Shown here: positions 8,909 to 16,367 of the stretch, piece by piece
How positions within the stretch are numbered: the stretch's first letter is position 1
Layout of the letters: each line of letters opens with the position of its first letter
IMG/VR virus record: IMGVR_UViG_3300035492_000012
Coordinates: 1-39,727 of that record
Length of the DNA stretch: 39,727 nt
Strand: one strand, 5' to 3'
From: a virus
Position numbers and translations under genes: made by a program
Notes under the pieces: model-generated
Seen by the model: only the letters and a program-made list of their open reading frames with translations
Databases searched by the model: none
What the model was told of the DNA's origin: nothing

Positions 8909-10183
8909 TCAAACTCCATCGGTGAATTGGCAGGTGTCTGCCTGGAATACTATCTCAGCCTCAACATGCCCAGGCTTACCGGGCATCTGAAACTTGTTCT
9001 TTGGTGTGGCTATGCCGCGCAGTTTAGACATCTCGGCGGAGTCTAGGGCACCCAGCATCAGGATGATGTCGGTTGCGCCTTGGATGCCGGTCTTACTATC
9101 CTTGAGTGCAGAGTACGGAGGAAACAGCATGTTCCCACCCTCTGCGCTGACCTGCACTGTAGCCATGCTCACAAAGTCGTGCCGAACAGCCATCTCCCGA
9201 GCCTGCTGCCACTTCTGCTCAGTCTCGTCGGCTTTGTTCACAGCACCGGCACCGGGCAGGCGGAAGTTCGCCAACATATCCCAGACCACCACGCATGGGC
9301 GCATGGCCTCGATAACCGTCTCGATTTGGGCAAGGCTGGCACCGTGCATATCCTTCACACGGATGCGGTCTGCCCGACCAACGGCCTTAGCGTACTGCGC
9401 TGCGAGCTTACCCTCATTGGACAAATGGATCAGCTCTGGCATCTTCAATCCCAGCGCCGCTTGGTACAGGCGCGGCACAATGCGCTGCCCCTTACCCTCG
9501 TTGTTCAGCCAGAGAATAGGGCGGTCTGGGTCGAAGAACTGGTCAACCTGCTTAGCGAAGTGCGCCAGAATGAAGGCGATAAGGGAGGTCTTGCCCTTGT
9601 CCGGGCGAGCGCCGATAGCGATACTAGCCCCGCCAAGCAGGCCCTTAATGTGCTCACGTAGCACAGTCGTCGGGAACTTCAAGCCGTAGTCTTCTCCCTC
9701 AGCTTTCAGGATGGACTCGATGCTGTCGTCGATCCAGTCGGTAGGGGCGGACTGGCTGATGTTGCGCAGAGTGTCCTGGGACATCCTGGAAACCTCGTGC
9801 GCCAGCTCCACCTCCCCACCGTTCTGGTACTTGGTCAGTAGACTGCCGAGCCTCCCGGCCAGCTCAAGTTCAGTGAGCTGCATCACAACGCCCGCAACCG
9901 AGTCCGCTGGGAACGTAGTCTGCAAACGACTGGCCTGATGTAGCGCTAGCTGTATCTGTTCTCGGGAGCTACTGCTGCACCGCAGCTTTATCAAAGCGCA
10001 CAACGAGTCCACGTCCAGGTACTCGTGGGTCGGGTATGCTTCCCAGTACACCGGATACCACTGCAACAACCACTGCGCATCCTGTCCCAGCATCTCCTTC
10101 GGCACCGACCCGGCAAGGGTACGGTACTTCTGCTTCTCGCGCAGCGCCGTCAGGATCAGCAGGTCGCTACTCATACAGTCCAC
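8909..10183 (-). CDS. DnaB/T7 gp4-type replicative DNA helicase
   Basis: Walker A GARPDKGKTS and Walker B-like CVVVWDML. RecA-fold helicase context next to the primase. Confidence 0.9.
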   Translation of the reverse strand: MDCMSSDLLILTALREKQKYRTLAGSVPKEMLGQDAQWLLQWYPVYWEAYPTHEYLDVDSLCALIKLRCSSSSREQIQLALHQASRLQTTFPADSVAGVVMQLTELELAGRLGSLLTKYQNGGEVELAHEVSRMSQDTLRNISQSAPTDWIDDSIESILKAEGEDYGLKFPTTVLREHIKGLLGGASIAIGARPDKGKTSLIAFILAHFAKQVDQFFDPDRPILWLNNEGKGQRIVPRLYQAALGLKMPELIHLSNEGKLAAQYAKAVGRADRIRVKDMHGASLAQIETVIEAMRPCVVVWDMLANFRLPGAGAVNKADETEQKWQQAREMAVRHDFVSMATVQVSAEGGNMLFPPYSALKDSKTGIQGATDIILMLGALDSAEMSKLRGIATPKNKFQMPGKPGHVEAEIVFQADTCQFTDGV

Positions 10184-10779
10184 CCGTACTCTGTAGCCAG
10201 CTCACGCATACGCTGGATGCGCTCTGGTCGAACCAGCGAATCCCTCAGCTGCCGCAGCGTGTGATCAGCAGGCCCCCAGATGTGCAGCTCTGGCCCCACT
10301 TTTTTGTTCGGCCAATGCCAGAACGCAACGTACTGGTTCAGGTTGAAGTCGAACTCCAGCAAAGCTGCAGCAAGAGAACCCACATCGTACTGCAACAAAT
10401 CCACCTTGCGTCTGCCGCCTGCGACCGGGGCGGCCAGGGTGACTACGTGACTAAGGTTGCGGTCCTGCAGTTCTTCCGGCAATCTACCACCATAATTCAC
10501 ATGCTCTGCAGTGATAAGCCAGCCGCGTCGCTGGTACATAGTGAACGCAACTGTACTAGCATTTGGGGACCTATAGGTTTGGTCCGGGATCACCAGCACG
10601 TCATAGTCCGTAGGTCGTCGGCCATTCACGATGTCACGCACCGCGCCCCCAGCCAAAGCAACCGTAGTACCTTGTGGCACGTCAGCGTACAGGGTCATCA
10701 GCAGCGTCTGTGCCTCAGCCCCAAGTGTGTGCTTCACCGGCTCCAGGCCGATGGCACGTAGTCCTTCAAACACGTCCAT
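10171..10779 (-). CDS. Minimal Pol-beta-superfamily nucleotidyltransferase resembling the head domain of CCA-adding enzymes and poly(A) polymerases
   Basis: LAGGAVRDIVNGRRPTDYDVLV fits GGxVRDxxxGxxxxDxD, and the downstream EFDFNLN resembles RDFTxNA. At 202 aa it has no body or tail domain. Confidence 0.65.
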   Translation of the reverse strand: MDVFEGLRAIGLEPVKHTLGAEAQTLLMTLYADVPQGTTVALAGGAVRDIVNGRRPTDYDVLVIPDQTYRSPNASTVAFTMYQRRGWLITAEHVNYGGRLPEELQDRNLSHVVTLAAPVAGGRRKVDLLQYDVGSLAAALLEFDFNLNQYVAFWHWPNKKVGPELHIWGPADHTLRQLRDSLVRPERIQRMRELATEYGWTV

Positions 10780-11566
10780 ACAACAGTCTCCTGATTTCAG
10801 CAGCAGTTAAATCTTTCGGGTCCTTGTCCGGCACACTCTCAGAGCGGCATGGGATACCAAGTCCCCGCAATCTTTTCAAGGCGTCATCAGCGCCCTTGTA
10901 CCCAGCCTTGTCGCCATCGTAGAACACTACCACCTCGGTAGGTTGCAACGATAGCACCTGCAGCACCAAGGCTTGCGCCATACGTGTGCCCAGTGATGTG
11001 AACACAGTAACCTCCGAGCGCGTAGCCCAGTCCACCTTGATTGCGCTAAGCGCATCCTCGGTGATAACTACAACGCCGCCAGTGCGCGGCTCAGGTAGGT
11101 TCAGATACGCTGGGTATCCTGCGCCAGTGCTGTAGCATACGACCTTCGGAGATACATGCGATTGGAATGACCGGCCAATGTACCCGTACCCTTTGCCGCT
11201 GGGCATACCGATCACTAGGCGCTCAGCCGAGTCACTCCACTGTAACGAGACACGGCGCAGCATAACTGGGTCTAGGCCCTTGCGTGCTAGCGCAGGGCCG
11301 AGCTTCTCCCAATCCCGCAAAGTCAGTTCACGCAGATCGCTGGGCAGCTTCTGTACCCAGTCCTCCTGCACTGCCTCTGGTGCGTACTGCACGAACTCTT
11401 TGGGAATAAAGCCCCCAGCCTTGCAGCGATGACAGTAGCAGGACCAGCCCTCTGGCTTGTTCCGTACTACCATAGCGCTGTTCGACTCAGCCCCATGACG
11501 CACCCGTTGGGAGCGGCCAACCGGGAGCGCCTGCGCCATGTGCAGCCACTCCTCGGTAGGGATCAC
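10766..11566 (-). CDS. DNA primase (zinc-binding plus TOPRIM)
   Basis: RVRHGAESNSAMVV...WSCYCHRCKAGG zinc motif. TOPRIM motifs VVITEDALSA and VVFYDGDKAG. Confidence 0.85.
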   Translation of the reverse strand: MIPTEEWLHMAQALPVGRSQRVRHGAESNSAMVVRNKPEGWSCYCHRCKAGGFIPKEFVQYAPEAVQEDWVQKLPSDLRELTLRDWEKLGPALARKGLDPVMLRRVSLQWSDSAERLVIGMPSGKGYGYIGRSFQSHVSPKVVCYSTGAGYPAYLNLPEPRTGGVVVITEDALSAIKVDWATRSEVTVFTSLGTRMAQALVLQVLSLQPTEVVVFYDGDKAGYKGADDALKRLRGLGIPCRSESVPDKDPKDLTAAEIRRLLYGRV

Positions 11567-12009
11567 GATAAGTACACCGCCAGTGTCGCGGCACCGGTCA
11601 GAGCAAGCAGCCCAGCCACAGTGAGGATACCTGTGCGGGCATTCTCAGCCCGCTGCTCGTAACTCTGGCGAGCGCCATCCAACTGCCACTCAGCCGCCTT
11701 GCGCTGATGCTCGGCGGCTTCCAGCTGACTCTGTACGCGGCCCAGGTCCAGGTGGTGCTTAATCCGCTGGTCTTCTAGCTTATCCTGCAGCACTGCCACC
11801 TCGTCGGACAGGTCGCCTATACGCTCACGGTACTTCTTGCAGTTCTCAGCGAGCTGGAGACGGCCTGCCTTCTCCTCGCGGAGTTCTTCGAGCACTTGTC
11901 CCTCGGGGCTGCTCAAGTGCGCGGCCTTGAGCTGCTGTTCCAGGTTCGCCAGCCTCTTCTTGAGTTGGCGGATTTCTTGGGCCTGTTGACCCGGCTTCTT
12001 CGCGTTCAT
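11563..12009 (-). CDS. Hypothetical coiled-coil protein with a C-terminal transmembrane anchor (148 aa)
   Basis: ATG 12009 has GAGGG upstream, while the ORF track start at 12105 is a TTG inside a hairpin. Heptad-rich sequence ends in GILTVAGLLALTGAATLAVYLS. Confidence 0.7.
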   Translation of the reverse strand: MNAKKPGQQAQEIRQLKKRLANLEQQLKAAHLSSPEGQVLEELREEKAGRLQLAENCKKYRERIGDLSDEVAVLQDKLEDQRIKHHLDLGRVQSQLEAAEHQRKAAEWQLDGARQSYEQRAENARTGILTVAGLLALTGAATLAVYLS

Positions 12010-12092
12010 GCTTGAACCCTCTTGTTTGTCGAATGCAATTTCAGCTGCGCGTGCAGCGCTACCGAGGCCAGCTGAGGCCAGTTGACTTCCCG

Positions 12093-12121
12093 AGATAGCC
12101 CGCAATTCCGGCGGGCTATCT
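12093..12121 (-). other. Stable intergenic hairpin (11-bp stem, 7-nt loop) with no U-tract. Candidate RNA processing or pause site.
   Basis: agatagcccgc / aattccg / gcgggctatct, read directly. Located between the stop at 12137 and the start at 12009. Confidence 0.5.
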
Positions 12122-12136
12122 TAGGTAGCCTACTGC

Positions 12137-12496
12137 TTATGCAGCGGCGTCGGTAGCAGCGGCTTCACCACCCTCGTGAGTCGGAACAACTTCCGGCACG
12201 ACGCGGGTGATCTTGCCGACCGGCAGGATAGCGGTCTCGGCGGAGAAGCCTTCTCCGAAGTATGCCTTCACGACGCGGCCTTTATCGGTATCCTGTACAC
12301 CCAGCACACGGGCCACAACAGTCTCGCGGACGTCTTTCGGGCCGCGCTCAAACTCGATCAGCGAGCCAGCGCCGACATTCGCCAGAGCTTCCAGGGTGGC
12401 AACTTCGGCGCGGTCGGCTTCGATCTTTGAGTTCAGGTCTGCAACTGCTGCGACGTTCTTTTCGATGCGGGCGTTCAGGGTTTCGATCTTGCTCAT
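12137..12496 (-). CDS. Hypothetical protein (119 aa; N-terminal coiled coil)
   Basis: Strong RBS (AAAGGAA) and clean coding composition. It is preceded by the TACTAC motif region. Confidence 0.8.
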   Translation of the reverse strand: MSKIETLNARIEKNVAAVADLNSKIEADRAEVATLEALANVGAGSLIEFERGPKDVRETVVARVLGVQDTDKGRVVKAYFGEGFSAETAILPVGKITRVVPEVVPTHEGGEAAATDAAA

Positions 12497-12533
12497 GGGT
12501 ATTTCCTTTCGTTGGTTGTTTACTGCATTGAGG

Positions 12534-12552
12534 TACTACAAGTTTACTACGG
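12534..12552 (-). promoter_or_regulatory. Conserved upstream motif CCGTAGTA-N5-GTAGTA (minus strand). Candidate promoter or operator.
   Basis: The same 19-nt architecture occurs at 18148..18166, in both cases just upstream of a gene with an AAAGGAA RBS. Extra GTAGTA units extend to 12568. Confidence 0.35.
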
Positions 12553-12564
12553 CACTACTAGGTA

Positions 12565-12870
12565 CTACGCGGCCCGAGCCGGAGGATATCCGGGCACTGG
12601 GTAGTTGAACTGGGTCGGTACAGACCAGTTCAGGTACAGATCGCCACTGCTGTTGGTACGCATGGTATCAACAGCAGCGAATCGCTGATCGGGATGGTTA
12701 ATCGGTTTGCTCGCAGGGCCGCTGGCTACGGCGTACTCCACCTGCTCGTCGGCAGACAACAGGTCCAGGCCCTTCGCACGAGACAGCAGGCCGAGCATCT
12801 TGGTAGGGACACCGACACAGCGGTCACGGTCACGGAGCTGTTGGTTCGTGAGGTAGATCACTTTCTTCAT
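12565..12870 (-). CDS. Hypothetical protein (101 aa; alternative start at 12924)
   Basis: ATG 12870 has AAGGA 7 nt upstream. The longer ORF start at 12924 forms an ATGA overlap with the upstream stop but has a weak RBS. Confidence 0.6.
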   Translation of the reverse strand: MKKVIYLTNQQLRDRDRCVGVPTKMLGLLSRAKGLDLLSADEQVEYAVASGPASKPINHPDQRFAAVDTMRTNSSGDLYLNWSVPTQFNYPVPGYPPARAA

Positions 12871-12920
12871 GGTAGATTCCTTCTGCTCGGGTGATGCAAA
12901 GTGCTTGTTGAATCTCCGGA

Positions 12921-13310
12921 TCATGTGTTAGCTCTCACGTAGTACCGGCGACCCTCATGCTCTACGACGTTCTGGTAAGTGCGTGCCCCCTGATGATCTG
13001 GGAGACTGACCAACTGGCCGATACAATCCCCGCCACCATTCTGCCAGCACCACACTCCGCGATCCTCGTCGAGGTACAGGTGCTGAACATTCCGGTAGGT
13101 GTTGTGAATGTCGTCATGCATAGCCAACACGTCTCCGAACGCATTGTCCGAATCTGCGTCGTGCATGACCACCATGTACGCATCTTCCCCGTCCCAGGTC
13201 ACAGCAGCCCCAGCACAGGACCAGTCTTCCTTGGCCAGCAGCGCCTCAATCTCGCTCGCCGGCAGGCCGGGAACCTTTAGGATGCCAACTGGATGTTTAA
13301 CGTCTTGCAT
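12921..13310 (-). CDS. Hypothetical protein (129 aa)
   Basis: AGGAG RBS upstream of ATG 13310. Acidic, coding-like composition. Confidence 0.75.
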   Translation of the reverse strand: MQDVKHPVGILKVPGLPASEIEALLAKEDWSCAGAAVTWDGEDAYMVVMHDADSDNAFGDVLAMHDDIHNTYRNVQHLYLDEDRGVWCWQNGGGDCIGQLVSLPDHQGARTYQNVVEHEGRRYYVRANT

Positions 13311-13337
13311 ACCTACTCCTGCATTGTCATTGCGTTC

Positions 13338-13580
13338 TCACGCATGTTGAAGTTCTCGGCCTTGCTGGCAACCTCTGCCATCAAGCACCTCCAAGTACTC
13401 CTCGCTAATGTAATCGGTGGCCCAGCGCCCATCGAAGCCGAACTCGACCTCGTAGTACATACCAGAGGCGTCGGAGTGTTTGCCAACCACCAGCCCCACG
13501 AGGCCGACCAGATGCGGCTCGGGACTCATATCGTCCTTCTTCCCCCGCAGGGCGCGGACTCGCCGCCCTACCAGACTCAT
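13338..13580 (-). CDS. Hypothetical protein (80 aa)
   Basis: ATG 13580 forms an ATGA overlap with the stop of 13577..14158 and has GGAGG just upstream. The ORF track start at 13703 would overlap that gene by 127 nt. Confidence 0.55.
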   Translation of the reverse strand: MSLVGRRVRALRGKKDDMSPEPHLVGLVGLVVGKHSDASGMYYEVEFGFDGRWATDYISEEYLEVLDGRGCQQGRELQHA

Positions 13581-14158
13581 ACCCTCCAACCCCACTGGCG
13601 CAACACGTCCAGCACGAACGCACGCTGATCCTCCGGGAAGTGCCCGTGGTCCTCGTGGTACTCGGATTGACCGGCGCTGTCGGCCACGTACAGGGCGATA
13701 CACAGGCCGTAATCGCTCGGAGGTAGGTCAGGGTACAGCTCCTGGATACCGCGCTGCACATCGTCCAATTGTGCCCGTGCGAGCTTTAGTTCTCCGAGGT
13801 AGTCCATCTCGCAGCCGGTGAGCAGGTGCCCGCAGTCGTGGAACCAGCGGAACCACAGGTTGCCCGGCTCGCCGTAGATGGACGTTTCACTGTGCAGCGG
13901 GGAGACCGGGAGGTAGCCTTGGTCGATGCAAGCCTGCAGGCCCTCTACACTCTCCGGCGCATCAGCGTCCACAGTGAGGTCAGTGTCCCAGAGCTTCGGC
14001 GTTTCAAGGTACTGTTCTACGCAGTGCTGGTACGCCTGCACTAGCCGCAGCGCAGCCTGCTCTACGGTGATGGTGGGCTTGGTGCCCTGTGTTTTTAGCT
14101 GCAGGGTGTACTGCGTGGCTGGCCGGGCGGTGGGGATCACAGCAAGTGCGGTGCTCAT
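13577..14158 (-). CDS. Hypothetical protein (193 aa)
   Basis: GGAGG RBS 6 nt upstream. Coding-like composition, with no motif recognised. Confidence 0.75.
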   Translation of the reverse strand: MSTALAVIPTARPATQYTLQLKTQGTKPTITVEQAALRLVQAYQHCVEQYLETPKLWDTDLTVDADAPESVEGLQACIDQGYLPVSPLHSETSIYGEPGNLWFRWFHDCGHLLTGCEMDYLGELKLARAQLDDVQRGIQELYPDLPPSDYGLCIALYVADSAGQSEYHEDHGHFPEDQRAFVLDVLRQWGWRV

Positions 14159-14174
14159 GTTGCCTCCAAGTGAC

Positions 14175-14270
14175 TTAGTAGAAGTGGTTCAGCAGTTTCA
14201 AGACGCCAAGGATACTTCCGCACACGATAAGCGCGGCCAGCACATTGGCGGCGAATGAATGGAAGTCCAT
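14175..14270 (-). CDS. Candidate 31-aa single-pass membrane micro-protein, absent from the ORF track
   Basis: Hand translation gives MDFHSFAANVLAALIVCGSILGVLKLLNHFY followed by a stop. GAGG lies 8 nt upstream. It fills an otherwise empty 160-nt gap. Confidence 0.4.
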   Translation of the reverse strand: MDFHSFAANVLAALIVCGSILGVLKLLNHFY

Positions 14271-14318
14271 GCGAGACCTCGTAGAACGTGGATGATTCTC
14301 GGTGCGAGTGCAGCCGCC

Positions 14319-14684
14319 TCAGCTCGCGGCTTTCTCTCCGTACCACTTAATCAGGTGATCCAGCAGACGCCAACGCGCCAGGTGGTACTCTGTACGCTTG
14401 GACCAGAAGGCAGCCGCAGACGCTACCCTGTCGTATGCCTCGGCTTCGTCCCTGCCCTTACAGTACGATGGGACAGGGTGCACAGGACAGCCGGAGAACT
14501 CTTCCCAAGCCTCGAATGCTTCCCACGACGTGTGCCGCCAGTACCGATCCACGCGAAGGTCTTGACGCAGCGCAGCCTGCGCTCGGACATTATTACAGAT
14601 GCCAAACTTCGGATTTGGGCTGCTGCGCACTGTTATCAGCGCCTGTAGAACTTTTGCTGCATACTCTTTATCTTGATGACTCAT
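14319..14684 (-). CDS. Hypothetical protein (121 aa)
   Basis: ATG 14684 has GGAG upstream and lies 4 nt after the upstream stop. The ORF track start at 14702 is a TTG. Confidence 0.7.
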   Translation of the reverse strand: MSHQDKEYAAKVLQALITVRSSPNPKFGICNNVRAQAALRQDLRVDRYWRHTSWEAFEAWEEFSGCPVHPVPSYCKGRDEAEAYDRVASAAAFWSKRTEYHLARWRLLDHLIKWYGEKAAS

Positions 14685-14688
14685 AGCA

Positions 14689-15177
14689 TTACTCCACCTC
14701 AAAGAGAACGTACCAATCCAACTCGACGCGAGGATGATCGGCAGGATCGAACACGCATTGCGTGTACCCTACCAGAACCTTGTCGGCTGGGACTGTGTAC
14801 CGCATGAGCTTGTACCCACTGTACCGGAACATCTCCAGCCACTCGTCGTCGTAGAACCATGCTCGGAGCATCTGGACGCTGGTGAAGCCACAGCGCCATG
14901 CGTGGTTCCAAGGTATATTCCAAGGTGGGAACTCTGCACCATCCGCCCAGCGAAATAGGGCATCACGCAGCTTGCTGTCATCACTCGGCGCAGGGTGGCG
15001 GACCTCATCAAAGGCGTGGAATTGCGGGAGCAGGTGTGATCGGTACGGGCCTATACCCGCCGCATCCTGAATGCGGTACACTTCCACGGTCTCAGATGTC
15101 GCGGATGGTTTTCGGTGCGACTGTAGACTCCCTGCGACGTTGGCCACCTTTGCCCATGCTTCGCTTGCTGTGCTCAT
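14689..15177 (-). CDS. Hypothetical Trp-rich protein (162 aa)
   Basis: ATGA overlap with the upstream gene and coding-like composition. Confidence 0.75.
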   Translation of the reverse strand: MSTASEAWAKVANVAGSLQSHRKPSATSETVEVYRIQDAAGIGPYRSHLLPQFHAFDEVRHPAPSDDSKLRDALFRWADGAEFPPWNIPWNHAWRCGFTSVQMLRAWFYDDEWLEMFRYSGYKLMRYTVPADKVLVGYTQCVFDPADHPRVELDWYVLFEVE

Positions 15178-15314
15178 GGCTGGTTCCTCAGTGCGTGAGC
15201 CACGGCCCCAGCGTACCGATCAACTCCGTAAGGGTACTGCTCAGGACGTGCTGCGGCGTACACGGACAGCGCAAGGCGCTGGCGGTAGCTCCGTTCTCTA
15301 GGTTTGCGTGCCAT
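15174..15314 (-). CDS. Hypothetical small basic protein (46 aa; alternative start at 15404)
   Basis: ATG 15314 has GAGGAA 7 nt upstream. ATG 15404 has no SD, and the intervening 100 nt contain an 8-bp inverted repeat (15367..15374 / 15390..15397). Confidence 0.45.
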   Translation of the reverse strand: MARKPRERSYRQRLALSVYAAARPEQYPYGVDRYAGAVAHALRNQP

Positions 15315-15414
15315 ACCCGTTTCCTCGTTGGCCGTGGTCAGTTCGTGGTTACTCAGTTGTATCTCGGATGCGCACTCAGGGTTACGGAATGCGCATCTCG
15401 GCATACTACTAGGT

Positions 15415-15612
15415 TTATTGGCAGGTCATACACTCAGGCGTACCCGGCTGGGCTGGCTTGACGGTACGCGGGACCAGAATTGCGGACCCATCCTGCAATT
15501 CGATGATATCGCCGTAGTCGCACAGGCGCTGCTCGATCAAACAGGCAAGCATAGCCTGAGCCTCCGCCGGATTCTCGGCGGTACACATGGTAGGCGCTTT
15601 CATGTTGTTCAT
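15415..15612 (-). CDS. Hypothetical Cys-containing protein (65 aa)
   Basis: ATGA overlap with the upstream gene. Five Cys residues, including a C-terminal CMTC. Confidence 0.6.
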   Translation of the reverse strand: MNNMKAPTMCTAENPAEAQAMLACLIEQRLCDYGDIIELQDGSAILVPRTVKPAQPGTPECMTCQ

Positions 15613-16100
15613 GCGGCCACCACTGCGCGGACGGATTCGGGCAGTTGTTCCAGCAGCTCAATACCTTTGATTGTCTTGCCGGATTGCTGAGCGCGAGCAG
15701 CCTTTTGGCACAAGAGTGCCAGTGCAGAGCCGAAGTCGAACTCCTCGGACGGTGCCTTCTCAGGCTTGAACGTGTACCACTGCTGTTCCTCAGCGCCAGC
15801 CATATCAGTGTTAGCATCTCGGTTGAACAGGAAAGGCTTCTCGCCCTTGGTCGCCTTGTCGTGATTCAGTTGGAGCTTACCGAAGGCGCATCCCCAAGCC
15901 GCCAGCGCATTCCGCCGCGCGCCTTTCGGCAGAGCGTGGAACAAGCGGTTGAACAGAGTCACGTCACCGTGCTGCTCGATGTGAGCCAGACAGGACAGGC
16001 CAGCGACCTGAATGTCGTGGTCAAGGCGCTTGCCTCGATTGCTGATGCTGTCAATTGCTTTGTTGATAGCGGCAGCGCCGCTGATGATTTGAATGCTCAT
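15609..16100 (-). CDS. Hypothetical early protein (163 aa)
   Basis: GAGG RBS and clean coding composition. Confidence 0.8.
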   Translation of the reverse strand: MSIQIISGAAAINKAIDSISNRGKRLDHDIQVAGLSCLAHIEQHGDVTLFNRLFHALPKGARRNALAAWGCAFGKLQLNHDKATKGEKPFLFNRDANTDMAGAEEQQWYTFKPEKAPSEEFDFGSALALLCQKAARAQQSGKTIKGIELLEQLPESVRAVVAA

Positions 16101-16109
16101 GGTATTACC

Positions 16110-16367
16110 TCAGTGGTTACGCGCTTTCAGCGCTTTGTTAATGCGAGCGGATTTGTCTTTGCCGCGTGCTGCTTTACTTCCGTTGGGCTGCCAAGCAGTG
16201 CCCAGCGTACTCCGACCTTCGCTATGGTACTGGGTATTCATAGCCTTGCGTGCTTTGCGAGCCTCGGGCGTATTCTCAATAGCCAACGCCTTGATGGTCG
16301 CAGCACGCTTAGCGATACCGGCGTAACGGCTAGCTTGGGCCTTGTGCTTTTCAGCGGGGGTCTGCAT
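16110..16367 (-). CDS. Hypothetical highly basic early protein (85 aa); the first gene downstream of the early promoters
   Basis: AGGAG 9 nt upstream of the ATG. Lys/Arg-rich throughout. Confidence 0.7.
   Translation of the reverse strand: MQTPAEKHKAQASRYAGIAKRAATIKALAIENTPEARKARKAMNTQYHSEGRSTLGTAWQPNGSKAARGKDKSARINKALKARNH

Noticed and set aside
14155-14346. 63-aa minus-strand ORF in the gap between early genes
   Set aside because: Arg-rich, with no RBS, and it overlaps both neighbours. The 31-codon hydrophobic ORF in another frame is the better candidate.
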